DNA of 64,000 bases, from assembly GCA_040005235.1 (NCBI GenBank), contig JBDTZG010000018.1:1-64000 (forward strand), given 5' to 3'. This DNA is from Acidobacteriota bacterium (GTDB taxonomy: Bacteria > Acidobacteriota > Thermoanaerobaculia > Multivoradales > UBA5704). The position numbers and the translations under genes were made by a program. Below the pieces are notes generated by a model, which saw nothing but the letters and a program-made list of their open reading frames with translations, was not told the DNA's origin and ran no database searches. Numbering within the stretch: position 1 is the stretch's first letter; every line of letters begins with the position of its first letter. Below, one piece after another: positions 29,707 to 39,359 of this stretch.

Positions 29707-30600
29707 ATGAGAAAAAGCGAAATCCACAGGTCTTCAAAGCAAGTCTTGAAAGGATTCGGTTCCGTCGTGAAGGCCCTTTATGGGCTCGCTCCAGCAGTCG
29801 TGGTGGTTGGGGCCCTTTTGGCCGTGGGCGTAGTCGCGGTCGCAGCCCAGGCCGGTCCGCTGATGGTGGCGGTGATTCTTGTTATTGTTCTGATGGTCGC
29901 AGTCCTTGTCTACGGAACTACTCAGAACTATGGGGAAGCTGCGTTAGCGCTTGCCGCTGGATTACTAAGCGTCTACTCTGTAGATTGGACGATACCGCGG
30001 TTCATCGGATTCGTAGGAGTGTGGTTCACCTTTTCGGCTGTGGCTCTACTTATCTCGAGCGTTCGAATAGCCACTGAGGTTGAAAGCATATATGTTCAAG
30101 GAGCCATTGCTCTCGGTGATCCGTCTGATGCAGAATCGATCAAGCAGGCTGAGCGAGTCTTGCGGGCGGTCGGAAAGAGAAACCAGAGGGGAGACCTTAA
30201 TCCAGTTGAGCGAGCCCAAATTCTCCGCTTATTCGCATTCCGCCGCATTCCAGTAGAGGTAATGGACGCCGGCCTCTCTGCGGTTGCAACCCTTTCAATC
30301 GCAACTCACACAGAACCTTTGATTGCAGCGAAATTTATTACTGATGTAACAAGAGCTATCGAAGATGTTCAAGCTGAAGATTTAGCAGCATCCTTGGCGC
30401 TTCTCGTAGGCACTATACGCGACTGTGGAGCCGCACCGGAAGAGTTCTTCCGAGCTTTCGAGAGCAGCCGCCATTTGCTTTTGGCTCGGATTCTGCCAAT
30501 AGCTGAGCTACTATCACAGGTGAAGATAGCACTCGAGGCGGGCGTGCATTGCGAGGCTGTTGGCAGTTACTTGCGCGATGGCTTGAGAGGCAGGGCGTGA
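29707..30600 (+). CDS. Hypothetical membrane protein (about 4 N-terminal TM helices plus helical domain)
   Basis: Long ORF with AT-richer codon usage and a hydrophobic N-terminal half. Confidence 0.65.
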   Translation: MRKSEIHRSSKQVLKGFGSVVKALYGLAPAVVVVGALLAVGVVAVAAQAGPLMVAVILVIVLMVAVLVYGTTQNYGEAALALAAGLLSVYSVDWTIPRFIGFVGVWFTFSAVALLISSVRIATEVESIYVQGAIALGDPSDAESIKQAERVLRAVGKRNQRGDLNPVERAQILRLFAFRRIPVEVMDAGLSAVATLSIATHTEPLIAAKFITDVTRAIEDVQAEDLAASLALLVGTIRDCGAAPEEFFRAFESSRHLLLARILPIAELLSQVKIALEAGVHCEAVGSYLRDGLRGRA

Positions 30601-30638
30601 CCGGCTCGCCGGCCAGCGCCACCAAATGGCTGGCTGAC

Positions 30639-32243
30639 TCAAATCAGTCCAGCTTTTTTTAGAAGAGATCTGGCTTGACTCTCTGAGATGCCCCTCTTGC
30701 TCGCGACGTAGAGGATGGCTTGCCGCATTGATTGAAATTTTCTCCCGTCGACCTCCATACCTGAGCGCTTGCGATATGAGGTCTGTCCAAGGTCTAGTTC
30801 GACTGCAGCTTCAAGTGACATTCCTTGCCTTTGAAGACGGTCCTTCAAAGTGCTAACTCCAATTGCGTGTGCGTCAGCGACGGATTTTATAGAAGGGAAT
30901 TCGACACCATGGACGACCATTCGTTTCCCGCGGATCGCCTCCAGCTTCTGCTGTGCAGTGACCCACTGAGTGTTGCCTGGTCCCCACGGTTGGCGGAGTT
31001 CAATTCGTACTAGCTGGAGGCCGGGGAGAAACGATACTCCGACATCCGCTTTGAACGAATCGTAGTTCTGTAACCAGCTAGCCACTACCGAGTGGGGATG
31101 GCGACGAACGAGAGCCAACCATCGGCGGAATAGGTTTGAACCCGCCTCTGGATGCTTACTCTTTTTTCGGGCATGATTTGGTATGGGCTGCCCAGTTCGA
31201 AGTCGGCTCGCGACGACATGCGGAGCGAGACCCTTCCTGTTGCCTATCGTATGTGCTGCCTCAGTGATTGAACGGAACTCCTCGCCCTCAACCTCGGTCG
31301 CGATGCCGCGCCGGATGCCGAGGGCGCCAGGTTTTGCTGTATTCAAACCTGCAGGACCCAGAGCGGCGAGCGTCTCGACCCAAAATCTCTCGCGCTCTGA
31401 AAGTACCTCAGCATCATCAATTCCGGCTTCGATAACCTCTCGAATGAAGCCTTCGGAGCCGTCTTGACGAATTGCAGCGGCGAGTTGCGATGTGGCCCCA
31501 TTCCGGGCCGCAATTGTGTGGAATAGCCAACGCTGCTCCAGGCTACCATGGGTCAGTCCAACGTAGACTTGGCCCGTGCTGATCCGAGTGATTTTGTAGA
31601 TGAGGCCTTTGCGATCAGTTGCAAAGCTGACCGGAACTGAAAGTGCTGTATCGAGGCCCCATCCTGCTTTCAAACGGCTCCAGATTGTCGATCGCTCTGA
31701 ATATCGATTGACTTCACGGAGAAGAGCCGAAATCCCATGGAAGGATCTTCCGTGCAATTCAGGATAGAGGTCGCCCAAATAGACAAAATTTCGATGGCGC
31801 CCCCCGCCGTAAAATGAAATCCATTCGGACTCGGAGAGCGAGAGAGCATGCTCGACCCTTTCGGAATCGAGCGGTATTGAGTTGTTCCTTCGTACGCGCG
31901 ACCAGAAGACCCGGTACGACACTGCCGCCTTATCCTTGAGGCGGATATAAAGCGAATGGAGGTCTACCCGTTGTCCCTCAATTTTTACCCATGTCTTTCG
32001 GACACTGTGCTCTTTGCGATAGGAATTCTGAGTACGGTAAAGCGCCTCGGAGAGAGTTTCATCATTGAGGTTAGAGTTTTGCAGAAGCTTGCGAACTCTC
32101 CCCATGAAAGTAGCAAGAGGTATCTCAGGCTGAGGCGAGACGGTGCAGAAGAGATCGGTAGGACCAGTGTACGTCGCACCAGCAAACCGGAGTTCTGGGG
32201 GAAACGTCGAGTTAGACGCGCGCCTAGGCACGGAGAAGCTCAT
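30639..32243 (-). CDS. GIY-YIG endonuclease-domain protein with repeated HTH/NUMOD-like modules
   Basis: GLIYKIT...VYVGLT...R..H...ERERFW...GLN; repeated G..F.SI..AA...G....RL..G modules. Confidence 0.8.
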   Translation of the reverse strand: MSFSVPRRASNSTFPPELRFAGATYTGPTDLFCTVSPQPEIPLATFMGRVRKLLQNSNLNDETLSEALYRTQNSYRKEHSVRKTWVKIEGQRVDLHSLYIRLKDKAAVSYRVFWSRVRRNNSIPLDSERVEHALSLSESEWISFYGGGRHRNFVYLGDLYPELHGRSFHGISALLREVNRYSERSTIWSRLKAGWGLDTALSVPVSFATDRKGLIYKITRISTGQVYVGLTHGSLEQRWLFHTIAARNGATSQLAAAIRQDGSEGFIREVIEAGIDDAEVLSERERFWVETLAALGPAGLNTAKPGALGIRRGIATEVEGEEFRSITEAAHTIGNRKGLAPHVVASRLRTGQPIPNHARKKSKHPEAGSNLFRRWLALVRRHPHSVVASWLQNYDSFKADVGVSFLPGLQLVRIELRQPWGPGNTQWVTAQQKLEAIRGKRMVVHGVEFPSIKSVADAHAIGVSTLKDRLQRQGMSLEAAVELDLGQTSYRKRSGMEVDGRKFQSMRQAILYVASKRGISESQARSLLKKAGLI

Positions 32244-32566
32244 TGACAACAGTCCAACGGCGCCCAATGCGAATGCATTTTATGTCCGGCAAGGGGATGT
32301 TCATTTTCAGGATATTTCAGAATTGAGTTTAGGCCCGCGTAGCAGTGGAGGTAAGAGTAGGCGACGAAGTTCACCTGCTTTGGATTCTACTGCAAAAGTG
32401 CGGCGCCAGCGTTTTCGCTCGGCCGGCATCAATAGGGGCGATGTGACCTATCGCCGCGGGCTCCGCACTCCTTCCCCGCCACAGGCTTGTCCTGGCGGTC
32501 GATGGGGAGTGATCAGCCTTGATTGACGCCGGATTTTGGCTCACCCGCCATACAATCCCCCCGCCC

Positions 32567-33724
32567 ATGCGTCGCCTCGCCCTCCGCCTGCTCGTCGTCC
32601 TGGCGACGATCGCCCTCACCTTGGCTCTCGCCGAAGGGGGCCTGCGGCTCTATTTTCGGCACCAGGGCGACGAGGGCGACGTTCGTTCGATCCTCGCCAG
32701 GTCGGCAAGGACCTCGGTGGCCGACAACGCGGAGCATGGGGGCAAGTTTTCGCTCTCCGGGCTGGTCAAGGCGAGCGCGTTTCCCGATGTCATCTACGAG
32801 CTGAAACCGAACGTCTCGGGGACTTTCCGGGGGAAGAGCCTGCGCACCAATGCTCAGGGGTTGCGGGGGTCTCGCGATTACTCGACGCTCAAACCTGCGG
32901 GCACGTTCCGGATCGCCGGGATCGGCGATTCCGTGATGTTCGGCTGGGGCGTGGGGGAGGGCGAGCCTTACCTGGAGATCGTCGAGCGGGAGCTGGCGGC
33001 CCGGGGCCGCCCGGCGGATGTCTTGAGCTTCGCGGTTCCGGGGTACAACACGTCGCTCGAAGTGGCGGCGTTCGAGCACCGTGCGCTGCCGTTTTCGCCG
33101 GACCTGGTCATTCTCCATTTCATCGGCAACGACTTCGGCCTGCCGCACTTTCTGCGCCGGCGGGATGCTCCTCTCGCGCGCGGCGCCGCCCCTTCCCGGT
33201 GGCTGCTGTGGGAGCTGCTCAAAGCTCGCTTCACACCCCCTTCGCCCGACGATGAGGTCGATCCCGACCTGATCGGCCACGACACGACCGGCGGCGCGCC
33301 GGGGGAGCGGTACGAGGCGCGCAAGCAGTACGAGGGGATCGTCGGCGAGGCGGCGTTCGTCAAAGCGCTCGCTCACCTGCGCGAGCTGACCGCCCCGCGT
33401 GGCATTCCGGTGATCGTGATGGCGTTAGGCGGCGACGACGGGCGCGGCAAGCTGGCGCGCGAGACGGCGGAGAAGAACGGGTTTACGTTTTTGAACGCGG
33501 CGGGACATTTTTACGACTATCTGGTAGCCCATGACCTCCAGCACGACCGGAAGAACTGGGTCACCGTGTTTCGCATCCCGCATGACGGCCACCCGAACGC
33601 GCTCGGCCATCGGCTCTACGCGGAAGTGCTGCTCGAAGAGCTGGCGCGGCGGGGAGTCGTAAGCTCGGCGTCATCCCCACCAGTCTCCTCCGGATCGGCC
33701 CCGCCGAAAGGAAACACCCCTTGA
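32567..33724 (+). CDS. SGNH/GDSL hydrolase
   Basis: GDSVMFG, PGYNT, GND, DGHPN. Confidence 0.88.
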   Translation: MRRLALRLLVVLATIALTLALAEGGLRLYFRHQGDEGDVRSILARSARTSVADNAEHGGKFSLSGLVKASAFPDVIYELKPNVSGTFRGKSLRTNAQGLRGSRDYSTLKPAGTFRIAGIGDSVMFGWGVGEGEPYLEIVERELAARGRPADVLSFAVPGYNTSLEVAAFEHRALPFSPDLVILHFIGNDFGLPHFLRRRDAPLARGAAPSRWLLWELLKARFTPPSPDDEVDPDLIGHDTTGGAPGERYEARKQYEGIVGEAAFVKALAHLRELTAPRGIPVIVMALGGDDGRGKLARETAEKNGFTFLNAAGHFYDYLVAHDLQHDRKNWVTVFRIPHDGHPNALGHRLYAEVLLEELARRGVVSSASSPPVSSGSAPPKGNTP

Positions 33725-34248
33725 GTCGAGCCGAGCGCCTCCGTCTGCTGTTCGCGGTCCTGTTGGTCGTCTTGGCGCTCGATCAAGCGACGAAGGTGCT
33801 GGCTCGGATGCATCTGGCGCAGAGCCCGGGGCGGAGCTATCTCGGGGGAGTGGCCCGGCTCGAATACGCCGAGAACCGCGGCGCTTTCTTGAGCCTGGGG
33901 GCGAACCTCCCCTCGGGCTGGCGCGAGGGGTTGCTCACGGGGCTCAACGTCCTCTTGGTTGTCGGCCTCACGTTCTACCTGATCCGCGGCAAAGACCTAA
34001 CCCGCTGGCCGACGCTCGCTCTCGCGTTGTTGATCTCCGGCGGGCTCGGCAACCTGATCGACCGGGTGATTCGCGGCGGCGCGGTGGTCGATTTCATGAT
34101 TCTAGGGATCGGACCGGTGCGAACGGGCGTGTTCAACGTTGCGGATCTTTGCCTGACCACCGGGGCGATTCTGTTCGCCTTCACCGGTGCCACCTCGGGG
34201 CGGCCGGAAGAGCCGGAGCCGGACGCCGAGGGGTCTGAGGCCGAGTGA
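33721..34248 (+). CDS. lspA: Signal peptidase II
   Basis: DQATK, NRGAF, GGLGNLIDR, VVDF, FNVAD. Confidence 0.95.
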   Translation: MSRAERLRLLFAVLLVVLALDQATKVLARMHLAQSPGRSYLGGVARLEYAENRGAFLSLGANLPSGWREGLLTGLNVLLVVGLTFYLIRGKDLTRWPTLALALLISGGLGNLIDRVIRGGAVVDFMILGIGPVRTGVFNVADLCLTTGAILFAFTGATSGRPEEPEPDAEGSEAE

Positions 34249-34255
34249 GCATCCG

Positions 34256-35188
34256 GTGAGCAACGATCGCCGGAAGCCCCCGAAGGACCCGGTCGACTCC
34301 AAGGGCGACGGGGAGTTGGCGCCGCTCGCTCCGGTCCTTGGAGCCGCCTGGCGTTTTCGCCCGAAAAGCCCTTCCCCCGTAGATCCGGGGATCGCGGACC
34401 CTCCAGCAGACGAGGAGCGGCGCGCTGCCGTGGGGGAATTTCTCGGCGATCTGGCGCACACGCTCGCCGCCCGCGGCGAAGCGGAGGTCGGGGCGCTGCT
34501 CGACCGGTCCGAGCACGAGCGACGCCAGGCGCTGCGCGACCGGCCCGAGCTGGGCACTCAGGAGATTGCGGCCTATCTGCTGGTCCGCTGCCGCGCGGAC
34601 TGGCTGGACGAACCGGACGGGGCGGTCGATACGGCGCGGCTGGCCATCCGGCTCCTTTCGGACGAGGTTCGAAATACTGATCTGACGCCGAACGAACGCG
34701 CGGCCCTCCTCGCGTTTTCGTGCGATCACCTGGCCGCGGCGGAACGGATCGCCCTTCGGGCTGACGAGTTGCGGCGTCGGCGCGGGCCTCGGCCTCAGCG
34801 ACCGGAGGTACCCGAGGGCGATACCTATCCAATGGGTACCTCTGCTTCTTCCCCCCTTTCGGAAGTGGCCGAGGATGCCCTGGCGGTGGAGGTGGAAGCG
34901 GCGCTCGACGATCTGCGCGACGCGAGCCTGGATCGCGGGCGGCCGTACGAGGCGGCGCTCGTGGTTCTGGATCGGGCGCGGTTGGCTCTCGACCGAGGCG
35001 GCGCGGAGGGCCTGGAGGAAATCGCCCAGGCCGAGGCGGAGCGCTTTCTCGATCCTCACTTTTCGCCGGTCCCGCGCGAAGCACTTCGCAGGCTGGCCTT
35101 TGAGGCCGGGCGCGGCACCGCCGATCTGGATCTTCTGTTCGATCTGACGGGGATCCTGATCGCCGCACAAGCCGGGTTTTTGAGGTGA
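34256..35188 (+). CDS. Hypothetical alpha-helical (TPR-like) protein
   Basis: Host-like codon usage; helical motifs such as PYEAALVVLDRARL. Confidence 0.55.
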   Translation: MSNDRRKPPKDPVDSKGDGELAPLAPVLGAAWRFRPKSPSPVDPGIADPPADEERRAAVGEFLGDLAHTLAARGEAEVGALLDRSEHERRQALRDRPELGTQEIAAYLLVRCRADWLDEPDGAVDTARLAIRLLSDEVRNTDLTPNERAALLAFSCDHLAAAERIALRADELRRRRGPRPQRPEVPEGDTYPMGTSASSPLSEVAEDALAVEVEAALDDLRDASLDRGRPYEAALVVLDRARLALDRGGAEGLEEIAQAEAERFLDPHFSPVPREALRRLAFEAGRGTADLDLLFDLTGILIAAQAGFLR

Positions 35189-35264
35189 ATCCGACTGCTA
35201 TGCTTCGTGAGACCGCTCGGCGCGCCCGCCGATCCGCTCGCCGGCCGACCTTCAAGGAACCTCC

Positions 35265-37220
35265 ATGCGCCTGATCAAGATCGCCATCGCCAGCCTCGAC
35301 GCGACCGTCGGGGCGGTGCGCTCGAATACCGACCGGATGCTTCGGATGGCGCGCGAAATGGCGGCCGAGGACGTGACGCTCGGCGCGTTCACCGAGCAAT
35401 CGATCGGCGGCTATCCGGCCGAGGATCTCGTGCAGTGGCGGGCGTTCCTGGCTGCGCAGCGGACCGAGCTGGAGCGCTTCGCGCGCGAGACCTGCGACTT
35501 GAAGACGGTGTTCGCGGTGGGGCTCGCGGTGCCGGTCGGCGGGCAGATCTTCAATTGCGCCGCGGCCGTTCACGGCGGTTCGATCCTCGGCTTCGTGCCG
35601 AAAGAGAAGCTGCCCACCTACAACGTCTTTTACGAGGCGCGGACGCTCTCCCAAGGGGCGCGCGGCCTGGCGCTCGACGCGGGGGGCGTGCCGCTCGGCG
35701 ACTATCTGTTCGATTTCGATTTCGGCACCGTGGCGCTCGAAGTCTGCGAGGACGCCTGGTCGCCGGACGGTCCGATGCGCCGGCGCTGCTATTCGGGAGC
35801 CGAGCTGGTGGTCAACCTTTCGGCTTCGCCGTTCCGGCTCGGCTTCGTCGGCACCCGCCGCGAGATGCTCGCCACCCGCTCGGCCGACAACGAGGCGACG
35901 TTGGTCTACGCCAACGCGGTCGGCGCGCAGGACGGTTTGATCTTCGACGGCGGCGGTTTCGTGTTCCAGAACGGCCGGCGGGCGCTCGACCTCGAACGCT
36001 TCCGCGAGGGGTGGAAGTCCTGTGTGATCGACCTCGATCGGACCCGCCGCATCCGCCAGGAGAACACCACCTGGCGGGTCGATTGCGAGGATTTTCAACG
36101 CGCTCAGCCGCGCGTTCCGACGATCGACCGCCGTGGCCAGCCGACCGCCGATCGCTCGAAGCTCGCCTATCCCGCTCCTTCCGGCGGCAGCTTCTTCCTT
36201 CCGGCCCCTTCCGATCCTTCCGCTCCGCCCGAGCCCACGGCGCGCGAGGAGGTGCTCGATGAGCTGTTCGAGGCGCTCGCGCTCGGCGTCCGCGACTATT
36301 GGGTAAAGACCGGCGCCTTCAAAGGTTTGGGCATTGCTCTCTCCGGCGGGCGCGACTCGGTGCTGACGATCCTGGTCGCTTGGCGGGCGGCGCAGCTCGC
36401 GGCTCCCGGGCTCTCCGAGGACGCCCTCCGCGCCCGGGTCGGCGAAACCGTGCAGGCGTTCTACATGCCGACCCGCTACTCGGCCGAGACCACCCAAGGT
36501 GCCGCGGCGAAGCTCGCCCACGAGCTGGGGATTCCGCTGCGCACGGTGGCGATCGAAGAGGCGTTCGATCGCGAGGTGGAAGCGACCCGCGCGATGCTTG
36601 GGCTGGGCGACCCAGGCGTCTCCGATGCCGCCGCGGAGCCGAGCGAGATCACCAAGCAGAATGTCCAGGCCAGGCTGCGCGCCGGGCGGATGTGGAACTG
36701 GGCGAACACCTCCGGCTACCTGTTTCTTCAGACCGGCGACATGAGCGAGAAGGCGGTCGGCTATACGACCATCGGCGGCGATCTCGAAGGGGCGCTCTCG
36801 GTGATCGCCAACGTGCCGAAAACGGTGGTGGTGGCGCTGCTCGAACGGCTCCACGCCCGGTTCGGCTTCGAGGGGGTCGCGATGACGCTCGCTACCGAGC
36901 CCGGGCCGGAGCTGGCCGCGGCGCAGACTGCCGAGAGCGAGCTGATGCCGTTTCCGGTGCTCGATGCCTGCCTGCACCTCTACGCGGGCGAAAAGCTCGC
37001 CCCCGACGAGGTGGCCGCCGCCCTTCCTTCGCTCTTCCCCGACATCCCGCAGGAGCGCCTCGCCGCCTGGGCGAATCGGTTCGCGACGCTATTTACCCGT
37101 TCGATCTACAAATGGGTCCAGGCGCCGCTCGCCCTCCACGTCGGCTCGCTCGACCTAGACCGCGAACGGGCGCTCCAGCTCCCCGTGGTCCAGCGGAACG
37201 AGTGGAGCGGCAAGGGGTAA
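35265..37220 (+). CDS. nadE: Glutamine-dependent NAD+ synthetase
   Basis: Nitrilase triad (TEQ, PKEKLP, VCED) plus SGGRDS, NVQARLR, TGDMSE, GYTT..GD. Confidence 0.93.
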   Translation: MRLIKIAIASLDATVGAVRSNTDRMLRMAREMAAEDVTLGAFTEQSIGGYPAEDLVQWRAFLAAQRTELERFARETCDLKTVFAVGLAVPVGGQIFNCAAAVHGGSILGFVPKEKLPTYNVFYEARTLSQGARGLALDAGGVPLGDYLFDFDFGTVALEVCEDAWSPDGPMRRRCYSGAELVVNLSASPFRLGFVGTRREMLATRSADNEATLVYANAVGAQDGLIFDGGGFVFQNGRRALDLERFREGWKSCVIDLDRTRRIRQENTTWRVDCEDFQRAQPRVPTIDRRGQPTADRSKLAYPAPSGGSFFLPAPSDPSAPPEPTAREEVLDELFEALALGVRDYWVKTGAFKGLGIALSGGRDSVLTILVAWRAAQLAAPGLSEDALRARVGETVQAFYMPTRYSAETTQGAAAKLAHELGIPLRTVAIEEAFDREVEATRAMLGLGDPGVSDAAAEPSEITKQNVQARLRAGRMWNWANTSGYLFLQTGDMSEKAVGYTTIGGDLEGALSVIANVPKTVVVALLERLHARFGFEGVAMTLATEPGPELAAAQTAESELMPFPVLDACLHLYAGEKLAPDEVAAALPSLFPDIPQERLAAWANRFATLFTRSIYKWVQAPLALHVGSLDLDRERALQLPVVQRNEWSGKG

Positions 37221-37325
37221 ATCGGGCGATTTGAAGATTCTTTGCCCGAAGTATCGGGATGAACGAGGCCAATTACGTCTTCTCTGTTCCGTGAGCACTT
37301 TTGCTCCCGGAAATGGAGATGACCG

Positions 37326-37871
37326 ATGGAACTTGAAACCCGCTTCGTCCCTCACCCCGCCAACGCACCCCTTGCGCCGCCGCTCTCCCCGCCTCTTCCT
37401 CCGCCACCACCCCCTCTGCCGCCCCGGCCGCTTTCCGCGGTCGATCGCCTTGTGCTCGCGATCCACGAGGCCACCCGGCCGCAGGGTCCCGGCGCGCGGA
37501 TCGATCCGCACGGCATCGGCGACCGCCTGCGCCGCGCCTCGGTCGGTGCGGCCGATCTGCTCTCCCGCCTCGATCCCGACCACCCGGAGGGGAGGCCGCG
37601 GACGGTTCGCCTGGGGGAGCTGGCCGAGGCGCGCAGCCGCCTGGCGGAGGTCGCCTATTACGTCGATCTCGGCGAGCGGCTGGGTCTGCTCGACGCCTGC
37701 GAGGCATTGAATCTGTTCGAGATGGGCCTCGCCGCGAGCGTAGATCTCGCCGGCCGGCTCGACCGGTTGATCTATGCGAGGGGCGACGGTAGGCCCGGTG
37801 AGGCGTTTGATCCGGCGGTGACGATGAGGATCGAAATTCCGGTTGCCGTGCGGGAGGCGAAACCATGTTGA
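37326..37871 (+). CDS. Divergent four-helix-bundle (23S rRNA IVP-like) protein
   Basis: DRLVLAIHEAT...IGDRLRRASV...ARSRLAEVAYYVDLGERLGLL pattern. Confidence 0.55.
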   Translation: MELETRFVPHPANAPLAPPLSPPLPPPPPPLPPRPLSAVDRLVLAIHEATRPQGPGARIDPHGIGDRLRRASVGAADLLSRLDPDHPEGRPRTVRLGELAEARSRLAEVAYYVDLGERLGLLDACEALNLFEMGLAASVDLAGRLDRLIYARGDGRPGEAFDPAVTMRIEIPVAVREAKPC

Positions 37872-37905
37872 CAGATTTCTGCATTGTGTCAGAAGATCTC
37901 TGCAT
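37868..37905 (+). promoter_or_regulatory. TA promoter/operator: TTGACA plus two AGAT(T/C)TCTGCAT direct repeats
   Basis: Repeats at 37873-37884 and 37894-37905, the second overlapping the antitoxin ATG. Confidence 0.55.
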
Positions 37906-38143
37906 GAGAACGACTCTGGACTTCGAAGACAACCTCTTCCGCGAAGCCAAGGCCCGCGCCGCCGAGCTGGGCGAGCCCCTTACCCGTCTGCTGGAGCGCT
38001 CGCTCCGGCTCTATCTGCACGGTGGCCAGCCGGCGGAGGCGACCTTCCGCTTCGCCCCGCTGATCAAAAGCGGCCGCAGCGCTCCGGGAGTTGACTGGGA
38101 CGACCGAGACGCGCTGTTCGAGAGGATGGAGGAGCGCGGATGA
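37904..38143 (+). CDS. vapB: VapB-like (RHH) antitoxin
   Basis: MRTTLDFEDNLFREAKARAA. Confidence 0.85.
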   Translation: MRTTLDFEDNLFREAKARAAELGEPLTRLLERSLRLYLHGGQPAEATFRFAPLIKSGRSAPGVDWDDRDALFERMEERG

Positions 38144-38574
38144 TCGCGGTGGATACCAACATCCTGGTCTACGCCCACCGTGCCGAGCTGCCGAAACATT
38201 TGGCGGCCCTCGCTCAACTGACGGCGCTCGCCGAGTCGCCGGAGGTTTGGGCGATCCCGGTCTTCTGCCTGGGCGAGTTCGTGCGGGTGATCACCCATCC
38301 GAAGCTGTTCAATCCGCCCCACTCGCCGAGCGAAGCGGTAGGCGCGATCGAACGGCTGACCGCGTCGCCGTCGCTCCGCATCCTGAATCCCGGACCGCGT
38401 TTTCCGGCGCTGTTCGGCGAGGCGATCCGCGCGGCCGAGGCAAAAGGGAACCTGGTCTACGACGCCCAAATCGTCGCGGTCTGCCGCGAGGTCGGAGCAC
38501 GAAAGCTGCTGACCGAGGATCGGGATTTCGATCGGTTTCCAGGCTTTGCCACTGTGCGCCTCGCGCCGACTTGA
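38140..38574 (+). CDS. vapC: VapC PIN-domain toxin
   Basis: MIAVDTNILVYA, EFVRVITHP, YDAQI, TEDRDF. Confidence 0.9.
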   Translation: MIAVDTNILVYAHRAELPKHLAALAQLTALAESPEVWAIPVFCLGEFVRVITHPKLFNPPHSPSEAVGAIERLTASPSLRILNPGPRFPALFGEAIRAAEAKGNLVYDAQIVAVCREVGARKLLTEDRDFDRFPGFATVRLAPT

Positions 38575-38722
38575 GCGGAATACGCACGTCTCGCTTTTCT
38601 TGTCCCGGGCACTCTCAAGGTTCAGAGGGATGCGCGCTTAGCTCTTTGCGCATCAGGTGACCGCTCGCGCGTGGCGGGCGGTCCCTTCCCCTCCCCAACC
38701 TTCAATCCCTAGGGAGATTGCC

Positions 38723-39184
38723 ATGAAGAGTCCGCTTCGCACCGCCGTCGCCGCCCTTGCCCTTCTCGGTGCCGCTTCGATCGCCGAGGCCAAATGGGTC
38801 CCGGTTCACAGCGTATGGTCGGACAATTCGCCGTTGGCCGTACGGGACGGCGCCACCGGCGTTTGGTCTACGCCGACCCTCGGCTATTCCTCCTCCAACT
38901 GGCAGGAAGGGACGCCGCAAGCGTTCTCCCACGCCGTGGCGTTGAGCGGCGACCACCTGTACGAGTTCCGCCTGGTGACCGTTTCGACCTCGACCAACGA
39001 CCAGATCGACAAGCTCTGGGACGTCTACAAGGACGGCGTTCTCGCCTGCAATGATTGCGTCGGCCGCGTCTATGGTTTGAGCGGAGCGATCGGCGACTAC
39101 TTCAAAATCTACGTCGGAACCCCGACCGGCTACGCCGAGCTCTGGCACTTCTCGGGCTACATTACGAACCGGTTCGACTACTGA
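38723..39184 (+). CDS. Secreted hypothetical protein
   Basis: GGGAG RBS, signal peptide ending AEA, CxxC motif. Confidence 0.75.
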   Translation: MKSPLRTAVAALALLGAASIAEAKWVPVHSVWSDNSPLAVRDGATGVWSTPTLGYSSSNWQEGTPQAFSHAVALSGDHLYEFRLVTVSTSTNDQIDKLWDVYKDGVLACNDCVGRVYGLSGAIGDYFKIYVGTPTGYAELWHFSGYITNRFDY

Positions 39185-39196
39185 TCCTCGACGGAG

Positions 39197-39233
39197 CGGG
39201 GTAGAGGGCGCATCGAAGCGCCCTCTACCCCCG
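39197..39233. repeat. GTAG-type REP-like hairpin / possible terminator
   Basis: GGGGTAGAGGGCGC-atcgaa-GCGCCCTCTACCCC. Confidence 0.6.
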
Positions 39234-39359
39234 CCCGCCTCACCGCTGCCAGGCGTACGACACCTTGAAGAACACCGATCGCCCCGTGGCGGCGAGGTTG
39301 CCGTTTTCGATCGGTTCGGAATGCGTAGAGGAGGGAACTTTTGTTTTCGGTGGGGCAGC

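Noticed and set aside
33975-36977. 1000-aa minus-strand ORF and similar long antisense ORFs (13583-15712, 57125-59578)
   Set aside because: Antisense shadows of nadE, the TonB fusion and the histidine kinase in high-GC DNA; no recognisable motifs.
37326-37871. Diversity-generating retroelement
   Set aside because: No reverse transcriptase or adenine-mismatched TR/VR pair was seen.
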